A stretch of DNA of 54,430 bases, filler included, from Circinaria calcarea (GCA_051942165.1; 4 parts of 4 records of this genome joined end to end with filler, not necessarily neighbours in it), one strand, 5' to 3'; counted from the first letter of the whole stretch, positions 10,782 through 23,740 are shown. Translations and numbers: made by a program. Notes: generated from the sequence alone by a model not told the origin.

Positions 10782-11228
10782 ATGGAATTCCACACGTTTC
10801 CGCGCATCACCGATTTCTCGTTCTCATCCTCCCTCCCCCTCCCGGCCAATTACACACGTGAACTCGACCCCAGCGGCCGACCTTATTACATAAACCACAC
10901 CGACAACACCACATCTTGGTACCACCCGTCCGCTTCCAGACCAAAGCAAGACCCGCGGCTCCCGTCACACATCAAACGCCGCGTCGACGTCAGGGGCCGC
11001 TCCTACTATCTCAATCACGAGACCAAAGAAAGCAGCTGGCCGAACCCACTGAAGATCGACATGGTCCGAGCGAGGGGCCCGGGTATGGGGACGGAAATGG
11101 AGAGGACGGAAGATGGCATCGAGGATTATTTGGTGGATTACGAGACGGGACGTGTGACGGTACCGAGGGTCACTGGCATCGTGTGGGATGATGAGAAGGC
11201 GGGAGAGGAGGATGGTAAGGGCTGCTAA
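10782..11228 (+). CDS. Small tandem WW-domain protein (148 aa)
   Basis: LPANYTRELDPSGRPYYINHTDNTTSWYHP and LPSHIKRRVDVRGRSYYLNHETKESSWPNP match the WW pattern (GRxYYxNH...SWxxP), with a possible third degenerate copy. ATG in ACCATGG context. Confidence 0.85.
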   Translation: MEFHTFPRITDFSFSSSLPLPANYTRELDPSGRPYYINHTDNTTSWYHPSASRPKQDPRLPSHIKRRVDVRGRSYYLNHETKESSWPNPLKIDMVRARGPGMGTEMERTEDGIEDYLVDYETGRVTVPRVTGIVWDDEKAGEEDGKGC

Positions 11229-12033
11229 GGTGGAAATAGTTTCTACGAGGAAGAGTGTACAAGCCTTCTTCTGCTCCAACTGGGGAATGCCACGCTCACT
11301 GTGAACGTTTCTCGGAAACTCGACACCATATACACACTAGACGTACAGAACATGCCTTTGGATACAATTAGTTACCACCCGGCTGATTTGATGTCTACCT
11401 TTGAAAACTCTCAGGAAACTTGGAGCACGCCCACTTTCCAAAAAGTGGTTTCCGGTGCGTGCTATATTGCCTATCTCTGACATATCGGAGTTGTGCCAGG
11501 GCTCTCGGGCGCTCTGCCGAATTGCAGCCCTTAAACATCAGCCTGACGAAACCTCCCTTCCATCAAGAAACCCCCTGTGCTGGTATAGTAAAGTGAGCTT
11601 CGGCAGGAGGCACCTAGCATGGAAGCAAGACTTAAAGGAGTAAAAGAACTCATGGCTTCGGCTGGTTGCACTCACCCCGTCCATGCAAGCTCTTTGTATT
11701 TGATACCCGTACTATATAATTATTAAAAATTTAAACGCTAATCTGATGCCAAAATTCGACGTTTAATTTTACCTGATGGAATGCTGAATCTCTTTTGGAT
11801 GGTGGTAGGCTTTTCCGTTTTCGGTTCTAGCTTCAAAGTTGGTTTTGTGGCCCTCCCCAAGCTTCCCTTTAGGCCTAGCATACCCAAGAACACCAATACT
11901 TCAGCCTGGTTCATGAGATACGATAAGCCAGTTCCATTGTGTTTAGTGCTGACTCTGTATATGGGATGGTAAGCACTGCTGAAATGGCCGACCTTCTCTC
12001 CTTAACAGTTCATCTGGACAATACAAGCAAAAG

Positions 12034-13586
12034 ATGGAACCTGTTAGTTTCGCTTTCGCTGTTGTCGGCGTGTTCCAAACCTGCATCCAAGGTTATGCCA
12101 TCATCTCGGATGCTTACAACGCCCCCAGCGATGCGCAACAAGCCGCCCGGCGGATTAGAATTGAGAGTGCTGTCCTGCATGGATGGGGACAGCATTTCGA
12201 TGTTCTAGGACAGCCTCCTGATCAGAATGAGAAGTTGAAAGTCTTCATTGGGAGAGGGCCAACCTATGCCGGAGTTTTCAGTACTCTGTGTGCTATCTCA
12301 GAGATCTTTGTCGATATAAGGCGCATGAAGGATAGATATGGCATAGTATTCGACTATAAGAAAAAGCGAGAGGTTGGTATTCTTAACATACTATATACCC
12401 GTGCCACGCTAACCAAAGGCTAATGGAAACAGAAGATACCTCGCGATGTTGAGGACCTACTCAATGGCCGTGAACTATCGCCGCAGCCGTCCCCCGGGCA
12501 GAATCAACAATCTAGCGCCGCCCTTAGCAGAGTCAAGTACTTCAAAACAAAAATGTCCGTCCTTGCCAGATGTCAATGGTCTTTGAGTGGCAAAACACGG
12601 ATTAATAGTCTCATTAATGAACTGCGAGAATATAATGATGATCTAATCCGCCTTTGTACTTGGGTGGCGCAAGCACAGATCAACCGTGGTCTGCCAACTG
12701 TGGCTTTACCAGGGGTCAATAACTATGTCGCATTACATACTTTGGCAAATACCGCCGAGGAAGCAGCGAAGGAGAATCCGTCCTCTCCTTCCGCAGAAGG
12801 CCGTCGAAGGATTGCAGATACGGCGCGATTTAAGGCTAGGATCAAGACTCCCAATAGCGTTTCGGACAAGCTCAGGAGTCGGAGGCATGAATTAGATATG
12901 CAAGAATTCCGAATCTTCCGGAGCAATCGGAATGAACACAAGTGGACCACCGCTGTTTGGCTGAAGGGTCAGATTATGGTTTTCATTGAATGGAGAACCT
13001 ATGGCAGAAACAGTGTTGTGTTAAATGACCCAACATTGGCTCGCACACTCGATAAACATGAACTCGAATCATTAATTCAAGTGCAGATACAACGCCTCGG
13101 AGACTTTCTCTGTACTCGCGATCGCCCTTCCGAATTTCGCACACTGCATTGTCTAGGGACATTTGAAGATGCGCAGAATCAACGTTACGGCTTCGTATAC
13201 CAAGTGCCACGCCATCTTCAGGAACTGCCACCACACTTTCAACCGGAAGACCTGACTGAGCGACTCCCTGGTTCTTTAACAAACCTGTTCAACGGGACCT
13301 CCCCCATCGATCTCGGCTTTAGATTTGACGGCGGCAGGAAGCTCATGGAATCAATCATAGTTATGCATGCATGCGGTTGGCTACACAAAGATATCTGCTC
13401 TGATAATATTCTTTTCTTCCCTGCCAAATCTACGGATCGTAGTGGCCGTATTGACAACCGCAAGAAAGATTTTGGAAGGCTCTACATTATGGGTTATGGT
13501 TTGTCTCGACCGGACGACATTAACCGTAGTAACGACAGAGAGCTAAGCGCTAGAATGCCTCGTAAGGTGGAGCGTTCACGTTCACG
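12034..13586 (+). CDS. HeLo(-like) prion-inhibition domain + protein-kinase-like domain, 3' truncated; join(12034..12372,12433..>13586)
   Basis: N-terminal MEPVSFAFAVVGVFQTCIQGY...RIESAVLHGWG and CQWSLSGKTRINSLINELREYNDDL (HeLo-type). Kinase-like FRTLHCLGTF..RYGFVY, WLHKDICSDNILFF, LYIMGYGLSRPD. In-frame 60-nt intron 12373-12432. Confidence 0.88.
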
Positions 13587-13686
13587 NNNNNNNNNNNNNN
13601 NNNNNNNNNNNNNNNNNNNNNNNNNNNNNNTTAATTAATTAANNNNNNNNNNNNNNNNNNNNNNNNNNNNNNNNNNNNNNNNNNNN
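13587..13686. other. Artificial contig spacer (N44-TTAATTAATTAA-N44)
   Basis: Exactly 100 nt with stop codons in all six frames; identical to the other two spacers. Confidence 0.98.
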
Positions 13687-13688
13687 CA

Positions 13689-15281
13689 ATGGAATCAAAC
13701 GGCAGCCTCGAATCCCTCCGTCGTCTACGGGAGAAAGCCGACACCGTCCTGTCCGATCCCCATAAAAACACCCTCCCATCCATCCCAGCCCTCCACACCT
13801 CCACAGCCTCACTCCTCCAACACCTTCCTCACGAAGGCCTCGGCCTTCGAAAAACGACAGACCACCTCCTGGAAGACATCACCCCGGGCCTCAATGGTTC
13901 CAGTCTATCGCCAAACTACTATGGCTTCGTCACCGGAGGATGCACGCCGGCGGCCCGGATCGCAGATAATCTGGTGACGCTGTATGATCAAAATGTGGCC
14001 GTGCATTTGCCGGGGCAAAGCGTAGCGACGGTGGTGGAAGACCGGGCGTTGGGGATGCTCTTGGAGCTGTTGGGTTTTCACCCGGCGGAGTGGACGGGGA
14101 GGACGTTTACTACGGGGGCTACCGCGAGCAATATTCTTGGTCTCGCTTTGGGACGAGAGTACGTTTTACTTCAGGCGTTGCAGCGGGCGAACGGAGGAAA
14201 AGAGGCGGAAGAGTCCATTGGGGAGTTGGGGATTCTCGAGGCTTGCCGGAGGGCTGGTATCGAGCATTTTCAATTACTAACCACCATGGCGCATTCGTCA
14301 ATGAGAAAAGCCGCCAGTGTCGTCGGGCTAGGGCGGACTTCGGTACACGATGTATGCATGGATGAAAACCCACTTGCTTTTGATATGGAGAAATTAGAGG
14401 AGATGTTGGGACGTGCCCAAACAGCTTCCATTGTTGTGATTTCCTGTGGCGAAGTTAACACTGGGGGGTTTGCCACTCAATCATACGACGAAGTCTTGAA
14501 GTTGAGAAGCATGTGTGACAGGTATGGTGCATGGCTGCATGTCGATGCCGGTGAGTTTGCTTGCCATCTTCAACCCAAACGCAAATATTGATATTAGCTT
14601 GAAGCTTTCGGAATCTTCGCTCGAGTCTTACCAGGACCCGAATTCGCAAAAGTACGAAATGGTGCTGGGGGGATCGAACTGGCCGATTCCATTACCGGTG
14701 ACGCACACAAGCTGCTCAACGTGCCGTATGATTGTGGCTTCCTCTTCTGTCGCTACTCTAGCATTGCTGAACACGTCTTCCGAAATCCCAATGCCGCCTA
14801 TCTGAACTCTGGACATCAAGGACCCGACAAGATTCAGTCCCCACTAAACATCGGAATAGAGAATTCTCGACGCTTCCGAGGTCTGCCGGTTTATACTACC
14901 TTGGTGGCGTATGGCCGATCTGGGTATGAGGATATGCTGAGTCGGCAAGTTTGGTTTGCCCGGACTGTTGCCGCCTATGTATCCCAGCACCAGGAGCTCG
15001 AACTTCTACCCAAGGATCGTCATCAACCTACCGACGTAACATCAAGGATATTCATCATTGTTCTTTTCAAAGCGAAAGATGCAAACTTAAACGCAAGGCT
15101 GGTGGAGAAACTCAATGCCACTTGTAGAATATATGTGTCAGGAACTACATGGAATGGAGAGCCTGCGACCCGGATAGCGGTGTCAAACTGGCAGGTAGAC
15201 GTGGAAAGGGACTTTAACCTTGTCAAAAACACCGTCGAAGGCTTGGTGCATAATTGGAAAGCTGAAACAAGGATAGGCTAA
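13689..15281 (+). CDS. Group II pyridoxal-phosphate-dependent amino-acid decarboxylase; join(13689..14550,14605..15281)
   Basis: SPNYYGFVTGG, FTTGATASNILGL, AHSS, WLHVDA|AFG, PLP-lysine motif DSITGDAHKLLNVPYDCG, IENSRRFRGL, RIAVSNW. Confidence 0.93.
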
Positions 15282-15407
15282 CCTAAGCGTCAAAATCAGG
15301 TGTAAAAATATGACCTATTGATTGACTTAGTTACAATTAGTTACCGTATAACGAATAACAAGAGGATTACCGTCACTCGACCATTGTTAAGAGGGGCCTT
15401 CTTTTAT

Positions 15408-17729
15408 TTACCGCCGACGCCCTCCTCCTCCACTCTCTCCCCCACGCTCCGACATACTGACCACCTCGCCAATTCCGGCTTCCTCTTGCTGGTCTTCAAG
15501 CGCCGTTATCTCCTCCCTGCAATCCCACCATTTCGCTTCGGCCATGTCGAACGCCTTTTTCCGAATCTCCTTAACTGCTTGATTTGCAGTGGAATCGCTC
15601 AACCGTAGGATTTGAAGCAGAATCTCTTGCCAATCATTAGATGTCCGTGTGAAGAAATCCCGTAGACTTTCAAAGGGACGTGGATGGGGTCTATTATCCG
15701 ATAGAGCAGACTCAGGCTGCTCTTCTTCAACCTCAGCGATCTGCTGCGATGAAACCATCTCTGCAGAAGATGTCATAGGCTCAGATTGCTCTCGAGGTAG
15801 CGGCACACCACTCGAGCTGCCTCCGTCCATATCCTCGTCTTCTGAGTCGGTGCTGTCTTCGTCCTCCGCTGAGTCACTATCCTCATTGTCATCGCCATGC
15901 CAGTTCTCCAGTTCCCTTCGATAGATTTCTCTGACTCCGTCGAGCTTACCCAGATCGATGGCCCATAACTCATCGAATGTAAACTCTCGGTCACCACGTT
16001 CGTAAGTTCCCCCGAAGATGTACAGAACATCATCTTGCACTGTCAGTTGTGCGTTGAACCTCGGATGGGGCATAGTCATGAGGATTGGGTGTATGGACTT
16101 GACTGGCTCCACCACCTCCTCTTTAACAATATCGATATCCATAATGTTCGGGTCAGCAAAAGAGCCTTTAGTCTCCAGAGCTGCAAGGTTTCGCAACAGG
16201 TCTTCCTCGTCAGCTTTTCCTCTCCCTCTTTTGGCACCTCCTCGTTCAGCCAGTGCCTTTTTATTAGGCCCTCTTGGTCGCCTCAACGTCAACTGGAAGA
16301 ATCTGTTACGTTCTATATTCCATACAAATAGATTGTCAAAGAACTCGCTCTCTATGCCTTCTTCACTCTCTTCTACATCATGCACGCCACCGAACAAAAT
16401 ACCGCGACCTTTGTGATAAGCCATCTTTGCCCCAGCTCGAGGCGGATTTGGAGGATTTGCAGGCTTTTTCCGACGCTCCCATCGTATTGTTGGTGGCGTG
16501 CTAGCCAGAGCATCGGGACCGGGTTGCATAATCCGTAAAAACCACGTGTCCTGGTGAACCATAGGTTTAAGCACAGATCGAAGGCCTTGTTGGCCTCCTT
16601 TGGTTTGTTTTCCAGCTGTTGTAGTGGACTTCACACGCGAATACCCTCCATATATTACAGCCCCAGAGTCGTGAGGGAGAAAGGAAAAGGATGATCTCGG
16701 ATCAGGTTTTTGTGTAGCGGGTGGGAGCGTGGCATTGTGCCAAACATAATTCTGGCAGTCATAGATCCAGAGATCTTGAAGATACTTCGTCTGCTCGGAA
16801 GTGTCTTGAAATCCTCCAAAGAGAAGGATATAATTCTAAATTAACATTACATACATGCCTTTATAACAATAAACAGATTATACAGCGGCACTGACCTTAT
16901 AGTAAGTCATTCGGTGCCCACTTCTTGCTGGAGGACCTTTGCCTTTAGTTTCTATCCTTGTCCATTCTCGCGTCGACGGTTCCAATCTCCAGAAGTCGTT
17001 GTAGTGGTAAAATGTCCTAGATCCGTTCATCAGAGGTTTACCATGACATCTATCATTCACGAGTACCAGTTTACCCTTGTTTCGGAGATGAAAATTCACC
17101 TATGGAGACAGTCTTCAGTACTATAAAGCAAGTTCAAGGGACTTCCATGATATACCACCAAATAAGTAGACACCGCCTGCGTTCCCTCCCCGGCACCATG
17201 CATGCCCGCTTCGGTTTAAAGGGCTGTTTGAGCTCGAAATCTTCCTCCATTCTCCCCGATCGATGAGGTAGACATACAGATCATTGAAGAAAGTGGCAAG
17301 AGCCCCGTTGTAGTACTCTCCTCCGAAAAGAAACAACTCGTTGCTATTAGAAGGTGATCCTATTAAAGTTGAAGAAGAACGTGGCGAGGGCGGCTCGGAA
17401 ACTGTTTCCGTGACTTTAAGATACAAGGCTTGCTGCAAGGGCAAGAGTTAGCTACAAAGTGATAGAATCTCGCCCGAGAACAAGGATTGAAAGGGTCTTT
17501 TCCCAGTCTTCCATGGCCGGTAATACTACATTGAAATAGAACGTAGGGCACGCACCTGCTTAGCATATTCTTCTAAAACAGATTCGAGATCAACATCATC
17601 GGCGTCGCTATCTTCCTTGCCACCCTTTGACTTGACCTTTCTCTCCTTTTGGGTAGCTTTCTTGGTTTGTTTAGCTGCCACACGAGCTTTCTGCTCCGCA
17701 GTCTTGGACTTTTTGTCTTTCTTAGCCAT
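15408..17729 (-). CDS. KEL3: Kelch-repeat protein (KEL3/KLHDC4-like), multi-exon
   Basis: Basic N-terminus MAKKDKK, kelch repeats (PSPRSSSTL, LFLFGGEYYNG, PPARSGHRM, ILFGGVHD, LYIFGGTYE), acidic tract, C-terminal PRPFESLRDFF...AEAKWWDCREEI. First intron 17433-17555. Confidence 0.92.
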
Positions 17730-18225
17730 GTCTGTACGTCTGTACGTCCAACAAAAAGTACCCTAAAAGCTACGATTAACAAGTAAATACTGCTGGAAAT
17801 ATCTGAAAGTATATCCAGAAATATTGGATCAAGAGCTATGAAGAGTGAGGACACCTTCTTGCAACAATCTCAAATACGTAGAAGTATTCTAGAGCAAAGA
17901 TTCGGCTGTCATCAACCCAGTTTTAGTAATTGATGAAGACCTTTAGCTCTATTAACTTGAGCAAGACCCTAAGTTAATCGGCTGTTGAAAGTATACATAA
18001 CAGGATACCGCGAAGTACGAAGTAGAGGCTTGGGGCATTAAGACCCAGCTCGGGCCGAATGGACCGTCGAGTGTCAGGCGAACTCTACTAGTAGGGATGA
18101 TACTTGTCGCGTCTCGCCCATCACGTCCCGCTTCGACATCAAATGCCTGAGGATCTTATACGTTCTCATGTAACACAGCTTCCAATTGACATTGATGGAA
18201 TAGATGCTGAAGATGAGTGGCTCTC

Positions 18226-21200
18226 ATGACGAGCCATAATCTGAGGGAGCATCTGCACTGGCTTTTGGTCTCGAAACCCTTTGCTCCCCCAGAAGGGATT
18301 CCCACCCCGCATACACAATTAGCATCGACCCAGGGCGGAGCGGAGGTTCTGGACACAGCTCCCGTACAAGTATCCTCATCAACACCACCAGAACCCATTG
18401 GGACAGCGGAAAGCGGCAATGCCGCCGAACCAGGGAGAAACCCCGAATTTCTTCGTCCTGCGATACCAAACCGATCCAACTCTCCGACAGGTTTAGAGGA
18501 TATGGCCCGGCTACAATCTGGGCCCAGGTCCACCAACAAACCACGTTTACTGAGTCATGCATCCTCAGACCCATTGCAGTTACCCACACCTAGGACTACT
18601 CACACGACTCGGATCTCTTTGACGGATCAGTATAAAGCCGCCTACGAACCTCGGACTGGAAGTGAGTGTTCCATTGCATTCTCAGACTCTCGACCCTAAC
18701 ACATGACGAGCAGCTTTAAACTCCACATCCACCACCCCAAGCAGACGACGGCCGCAGCAGATTCCAGAATCGTCACGCCCGAGGCCATTGACGACAGTTA
18801 GCGAGAGACTTTCGCCCGAGAACGAGCGGGAACTTGATGTCCAAACTTCTTCCTCGAGCACTGTAGAGGTTTTCGGTGAATCTCGAGCGATATGGAGGGA
18901 AGACTCAGCATCTCGTATAGAACCAGTAATAAGAAGGGGCCGGAAGAGGAAAAGCGAAGAGATGGAAACCAATGCCTCTAATCGGCCGTCGAATCGTCCC
19001 TCCAACATGCATGATCGATCATCACAAAGCAGTTTTGTGGCCATAGACTCGTATCCCGAGGAAGAACCACCACCGTATTCTACGAACCCCGTGCAAACAA
19101 CTAAACAAGCCTCGTTTACTTTTGCTGGAAATTTAGATCATGAGGACGATGATGATTTGCTGGAGGTTGTAGAGCAATCTGATCTGCCTGATAGTCCTTT
19201 CGGTGAGCGCGGGGACGGCGTGGATATATCACTCCAACATGCCTCGAGTTTTAAACGTTCCTTGTTATCGCGATCTGGAGCAGCCGACCCATCGCCCATT
19301 GATTTTGTGAAGAGACACGCTGCTAAAACCGGCTCCGTGAATGGCCGCAGAATACAGAAATGTTCCATTACTGACTCAGAAGATGAAGATGACGCTCTGA
19401 TATCCCAAGAGACATACCAAAACAAGAAATTGAGTAGTTCTTCGTCCGCAAAACAGGGGCCTATCGATATGAAATATCCTAGTTTGTCCGCTGCTCAGGT
19501 TGAACCTCCACGTTCTACGAAAGCCAAGGTTACTAAACCACAAGCTCGTGTCACGGCAAGTCAAAATGCCGATGTCAAGTCTATGAGGCCAATCCTTACA
19601 GAAGCCAAATCCGTTGCGTCTCCTTACCAACGGGATTCCCCTACAAAATACACGGGCAACAACTCAGAGGAACAGCCAAAAGAAACATCCTCTAGTGGTC
19701 TCGAAAGCGTCCATCACACCTCCGTTCAATCCTTTCTTGCGCTGCAGCCAAATCGATTACAAGCTTTTCTCGACAGCCTACATAGCGCCAGAAGATCAAA
19801 TGCCCAAGTGGGTTATGAATTCTTGATGGAGGGGAAGGGTGACTTTGAGAAGCTCCAGCAAGACATTGCACGACTGAAGAGTAGAATTGATGACATGGAC
19901 ATACTCTTACCACTGAGGGACGAGCACCTTGAATTGACCGCCCGCAAGGAAAAGATAAAAAATCGTATGATTACCGCGATTGAAAAAGACAACATGCAAG
20001 ATTATTCTCAAGATGTGGCGGAGACCCAAAAAGTAACACGACGGTTGGCACAGATCGAGCAGGAAATTTCGATACTTCTAATTAGGGTTTCTCTTCCTGT
20101 ATTGGACGACGAATCTCCAACGCCCAGTGCGTCAGCCACGATATCTCATATAACAACCCATGAGAATATTCAGCCAGCTGTCATTGTCCAGTCTACCCAA
20201 GCGCTATATCGTAGGCCTGAGGCAGGTAGTCGAAACACTTCGGTACCACCATCGAGCGTTCCTATGCGCACTCAATATGTCGGACAAACTCAACTTTTCA
20301 CCAACAGTCCACAGACACCTAGAATGAAAGCTCAAACCTATATCAAGCCCGATGGAAGCTCGCGGCAGGATTTAACGGAGGCCCAGTTGCGCACAGAGGA
20401 AAATCAACCTTTGTCTCGTCGCCCCCAGAGAACACCGCTTCGGACATATGTTCCTCACCCTGATGCTACAGATGTCACAGCATATTTCTCTCCTTCTAAG
20501 CAGAAGCTAGGACCAGCCAATCTTCCTGCCCATGATGTGCAGCGGGGTGCCGAACATTTCGCCGACGAGGAAGATGCATACAGGAATCAAAAGATTACCC
20601 TCCTAGAGACTTTGGAAGATGATGAAGAATACGGACAAGATGAAGATGACAACGACATGCTTGAAGTTGCAGAACAGCTAGATAACCGCGGCACATGGCC
20701 TGCTCCCAAGGCTGCAAGCTATCAGCGTGTCGTCTTTGCGGAGACTGCAGGTAATGTGACGAGGTCTGCATTGCCAAAAATTCCTCTGCACCATTCTCAG
20801 GGTCCCACTCAAGCCCTTCACATGCAACATCCATGGTCTCGCGATGTCAAAGCTGGGATGAAAGAACGATTTCATCTACGTGGATTTCGTCCAAACCAGC
20901 TTGAGGCTATAAACGCAACATTAAGTGGTAAGGACGCGTTTGTTCTGATGCCTACTGGAGGAGGTAAATCCCTGTGCTATCAATTGCCCTCCATCATTCA
21001 ATCCGGAAAAACTCGCGGGGTGACCGTCGTCATATCCCCATTGCTAAGCCTAATGCAAGACCAGGTAGACCACTTACAAAAGCTTAAGATCCAGGCACTT
21101 TTCATTAATAGCGAAGTGAGCCCGGAACACCGTCGTCTGGTCATGACGAGCTTAAGGGACCATCATGTGGACAAGTATATCCAACTATTGTACATCACAC

Positions 21201-23740
21201 CAGAGATGATAAACAAAAGCCAGGCTCTTATCAACGCATTTCGTGAACTTCATCAAAGGAAAAGGTTGGCTCGGTTTGTGATCGATGAAGCACACTGCGT
21301 TAGTCAATGGGGTCACGACTTTCGTCCGGATTACAAACTTTTGGGCGAAGTGAGACAACAATTCCAAGGAGTTCCAGTCATGGCATTGACAGCAACGGCA
21401 ACAGAAAACGTCAAGCTTGATGTGATCAATAACCTGGGCATTCAAGGTTGTGAGGTCTTCTCTCAGAGCTTTAATAGACCCAATTTGACATACGAAGTTC
21501 GCAGCAAATCGAAGGGAAAAGAGGTCCTTGAAAGCATGGCACAGACGATTAGCATGTCTTACAAGAATCAATCAGGCATAGTGTATTGCTTGTCACGCCA
21601 GAATTGCGAGAAAATTGCTAAGAAACTACGGGAGGAATACGGTATCAAAGCACAACATTACCACGCAGGCATAGACCCGACAGAAAAGACAGCTATCCAG
21701 AAGGAGTGGCAGGCTGGAAAATTTCATGTCATTGTCGCGACCATTGCTTTTGGCATGGGTATTGATAAGCCAGACGTACGATTTGTTATTCACCACACTA
21801 TTCCCAAAAGTTTGGAAGGCTATTATCAAGAGACTGGTCGCGCAGGGCGTGACGGCAAACGCTCAGGGTGCTATCTGTATTATGGCTATCAGGACACAAG
21901 CTCGCTGAAACGTATGATAGATGAGGGAGAAGGTAGCTGGGAGCAGAAGGAGCGACAGCGCAAAATGCTTAGAAACGTCATTCAGTTTTGTGAGAACAAG
22001 AGTGACTGCAGAAGAGTACAGGTATTGAACTACTTCAACGAGATTTTCAGACGCGAAGACTGCAATGGAGCATGCGACAACTGTAACTCAACCAGCACCT
22101 TCGAGAGTCGAGACTTCACTGAGTATGCCATTGCTGCAATTGACTTGGTCAAAATGATGCAAGGGAATAACGTCACGCTACTACATTGCGTTGATGTTTT
22201 CCGAGGGGGTAAAAATAAGAAGATGGCCGCCCTGGGCCACTATAATCTGGAGAACTATGGGGCTGGTTCAAACCTTGATAGAGGAGAGGTGGAAAGACTG
22301 TTCCACCGCTTGTTAAGTGAAGGTGCCTTGGCAGAGGTCAATGTGATGAACAAGGCTGGATTCCCATCGCAGTATATCCATGTAAGTTCCCCGAAATAAG
22401 CCTGATACATTAACTAGAGATTTGTACTTATAAAAAGTAGCTCGGCAAGAACTGTAATGGGTTTATGAGTGGTCGCCGCAAACTAAAAATACAGGTGCGG
22501 GTGTCGCCGAACGGTAAGAGCAAGGGCCCTGCAAAGGCTACAAGGGCAAAGGTCACTGGAGTTTCAGCATCCCGAAGAGAGTATCCCCAGTCCACCAACG
22601 TATCTTCTCCTATCCAAGCAGCAACTAGGCGGCGGAATATGCAGGAGTTTGAGGACGTTGAAGATTCTACACTACATAGAAACGGATACAAACGGGATAA
22701 TTTCGTGGTCAGCGATGCTGAGGATCAATCTTTCATGGAAAGTGATGAGGATGAAGAGGTTGCCTTCGAACCTATCCGTAAGGCTGGGAAGCGTCAAACA
22801 GTCAGGAAACGACAGCTAGGACCGCCTATTACTACTGATCAGAAGATGGATAGACTGAACGATACCCATCGGATAGTAGTAGAAGATTTCATGATAAATG
22901 CAAAAATAGAGAGTGAAAAGGTGAGTGTAAAGACTAGGCTTTTTACCAGAATTTTACTGATGTTCCAGCTCCTCATCTCCAAGGGCCTGAGAGATCAACC
23001 TTTTACCGATTCGGTACTCCGAGAGATGGCGATTAATTTTCCCAAAGGTGTGGTGACCATCTCAGATCTCATAGCAGCATGGCTAACGCATTGTAGATGA
23101 GAATGAGATGCACGAAATACCAGGCATCAAAGCCGACAAGATCGAGCTTTACGGTAAACGCTTCCTTAAGCTCGTTCGGACATCCCAACAGGGCTACGAG
23201 GCTATGATGCAACAGCAGGAGGACCGCCCTCAGGATCCGAATCATCAAAATGTTATCAGCATCAGTAGCGATGACGATTTTGACAACCCTGAATTGGATG
23301 AATTTGAAGATGACAATGCTTCCCAAGATGAACGAAGCTCTTATTTTCGGGCGGACCCTGAAGTTGATGCTTTCAACGCCCAATGTAAGTAAAAGCCTTG
23401 TGATTTATCTACCACCCAATAACCCGTCTTTTTAGTTTCTCAAATTCAAAATGAACCTTTGGCAGCACCCACCCGCACATACCCACAAGCACAGGAGTCC
23501 AAAAGTCGTGGAGCAAGTAGAGGAGGGCGCGGTGGCTTTCGAGGTAGCTTCCGCGGGGGATTTAAAGGCAGCCGTAAGGCGTCTAGCGGAGCCAGTAAGA
23601 ATAAGACATCCGGCGCAGTTACGAAGAAAAAGCCCGCCACGAACAGGCACAGCAATAATAGTTTCAATGGGGCTTCCACCAGGCACGGCGGTGGCACTGG
23701 TGGATTTGGCGGCGGGGGGATCGGTATGATGCCGACGTAG
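18226..23740 (+). CDS. SGS1: RecQ-family DNA helicase Sgs1/MusN, multi-exon
   Basis: FRPNQLEAINATLSGKDAFVLMPTGGGKSLCYQLP, DEAHCVSQWGHDFRPDY, ATIAFGMGIDKPDVRFV, YYQETGRAGRDG, RQC Zn motif (CRR...CDNC), HRDC-like region, RGG tail. Confidence 0.96.

Noticed and set aside
13631..13642. TTAATTAATTAA palindrome as a biological site
   Set aside because: It lies between two runs of exactly 44 N and recurs identically three times, so it is an assembly linker.
12034..15281. HeLo-kinase plus decarboxylase as a gene cluster
   Set aside because: They are on different contigs separated by an artificial spacer.
18107..18112. MCB-like TCGCGT element upstream of SGS1
   Set aside because: A single 6-mer is expected by chance; plausible for a repair gene but unsupported without conservation data.
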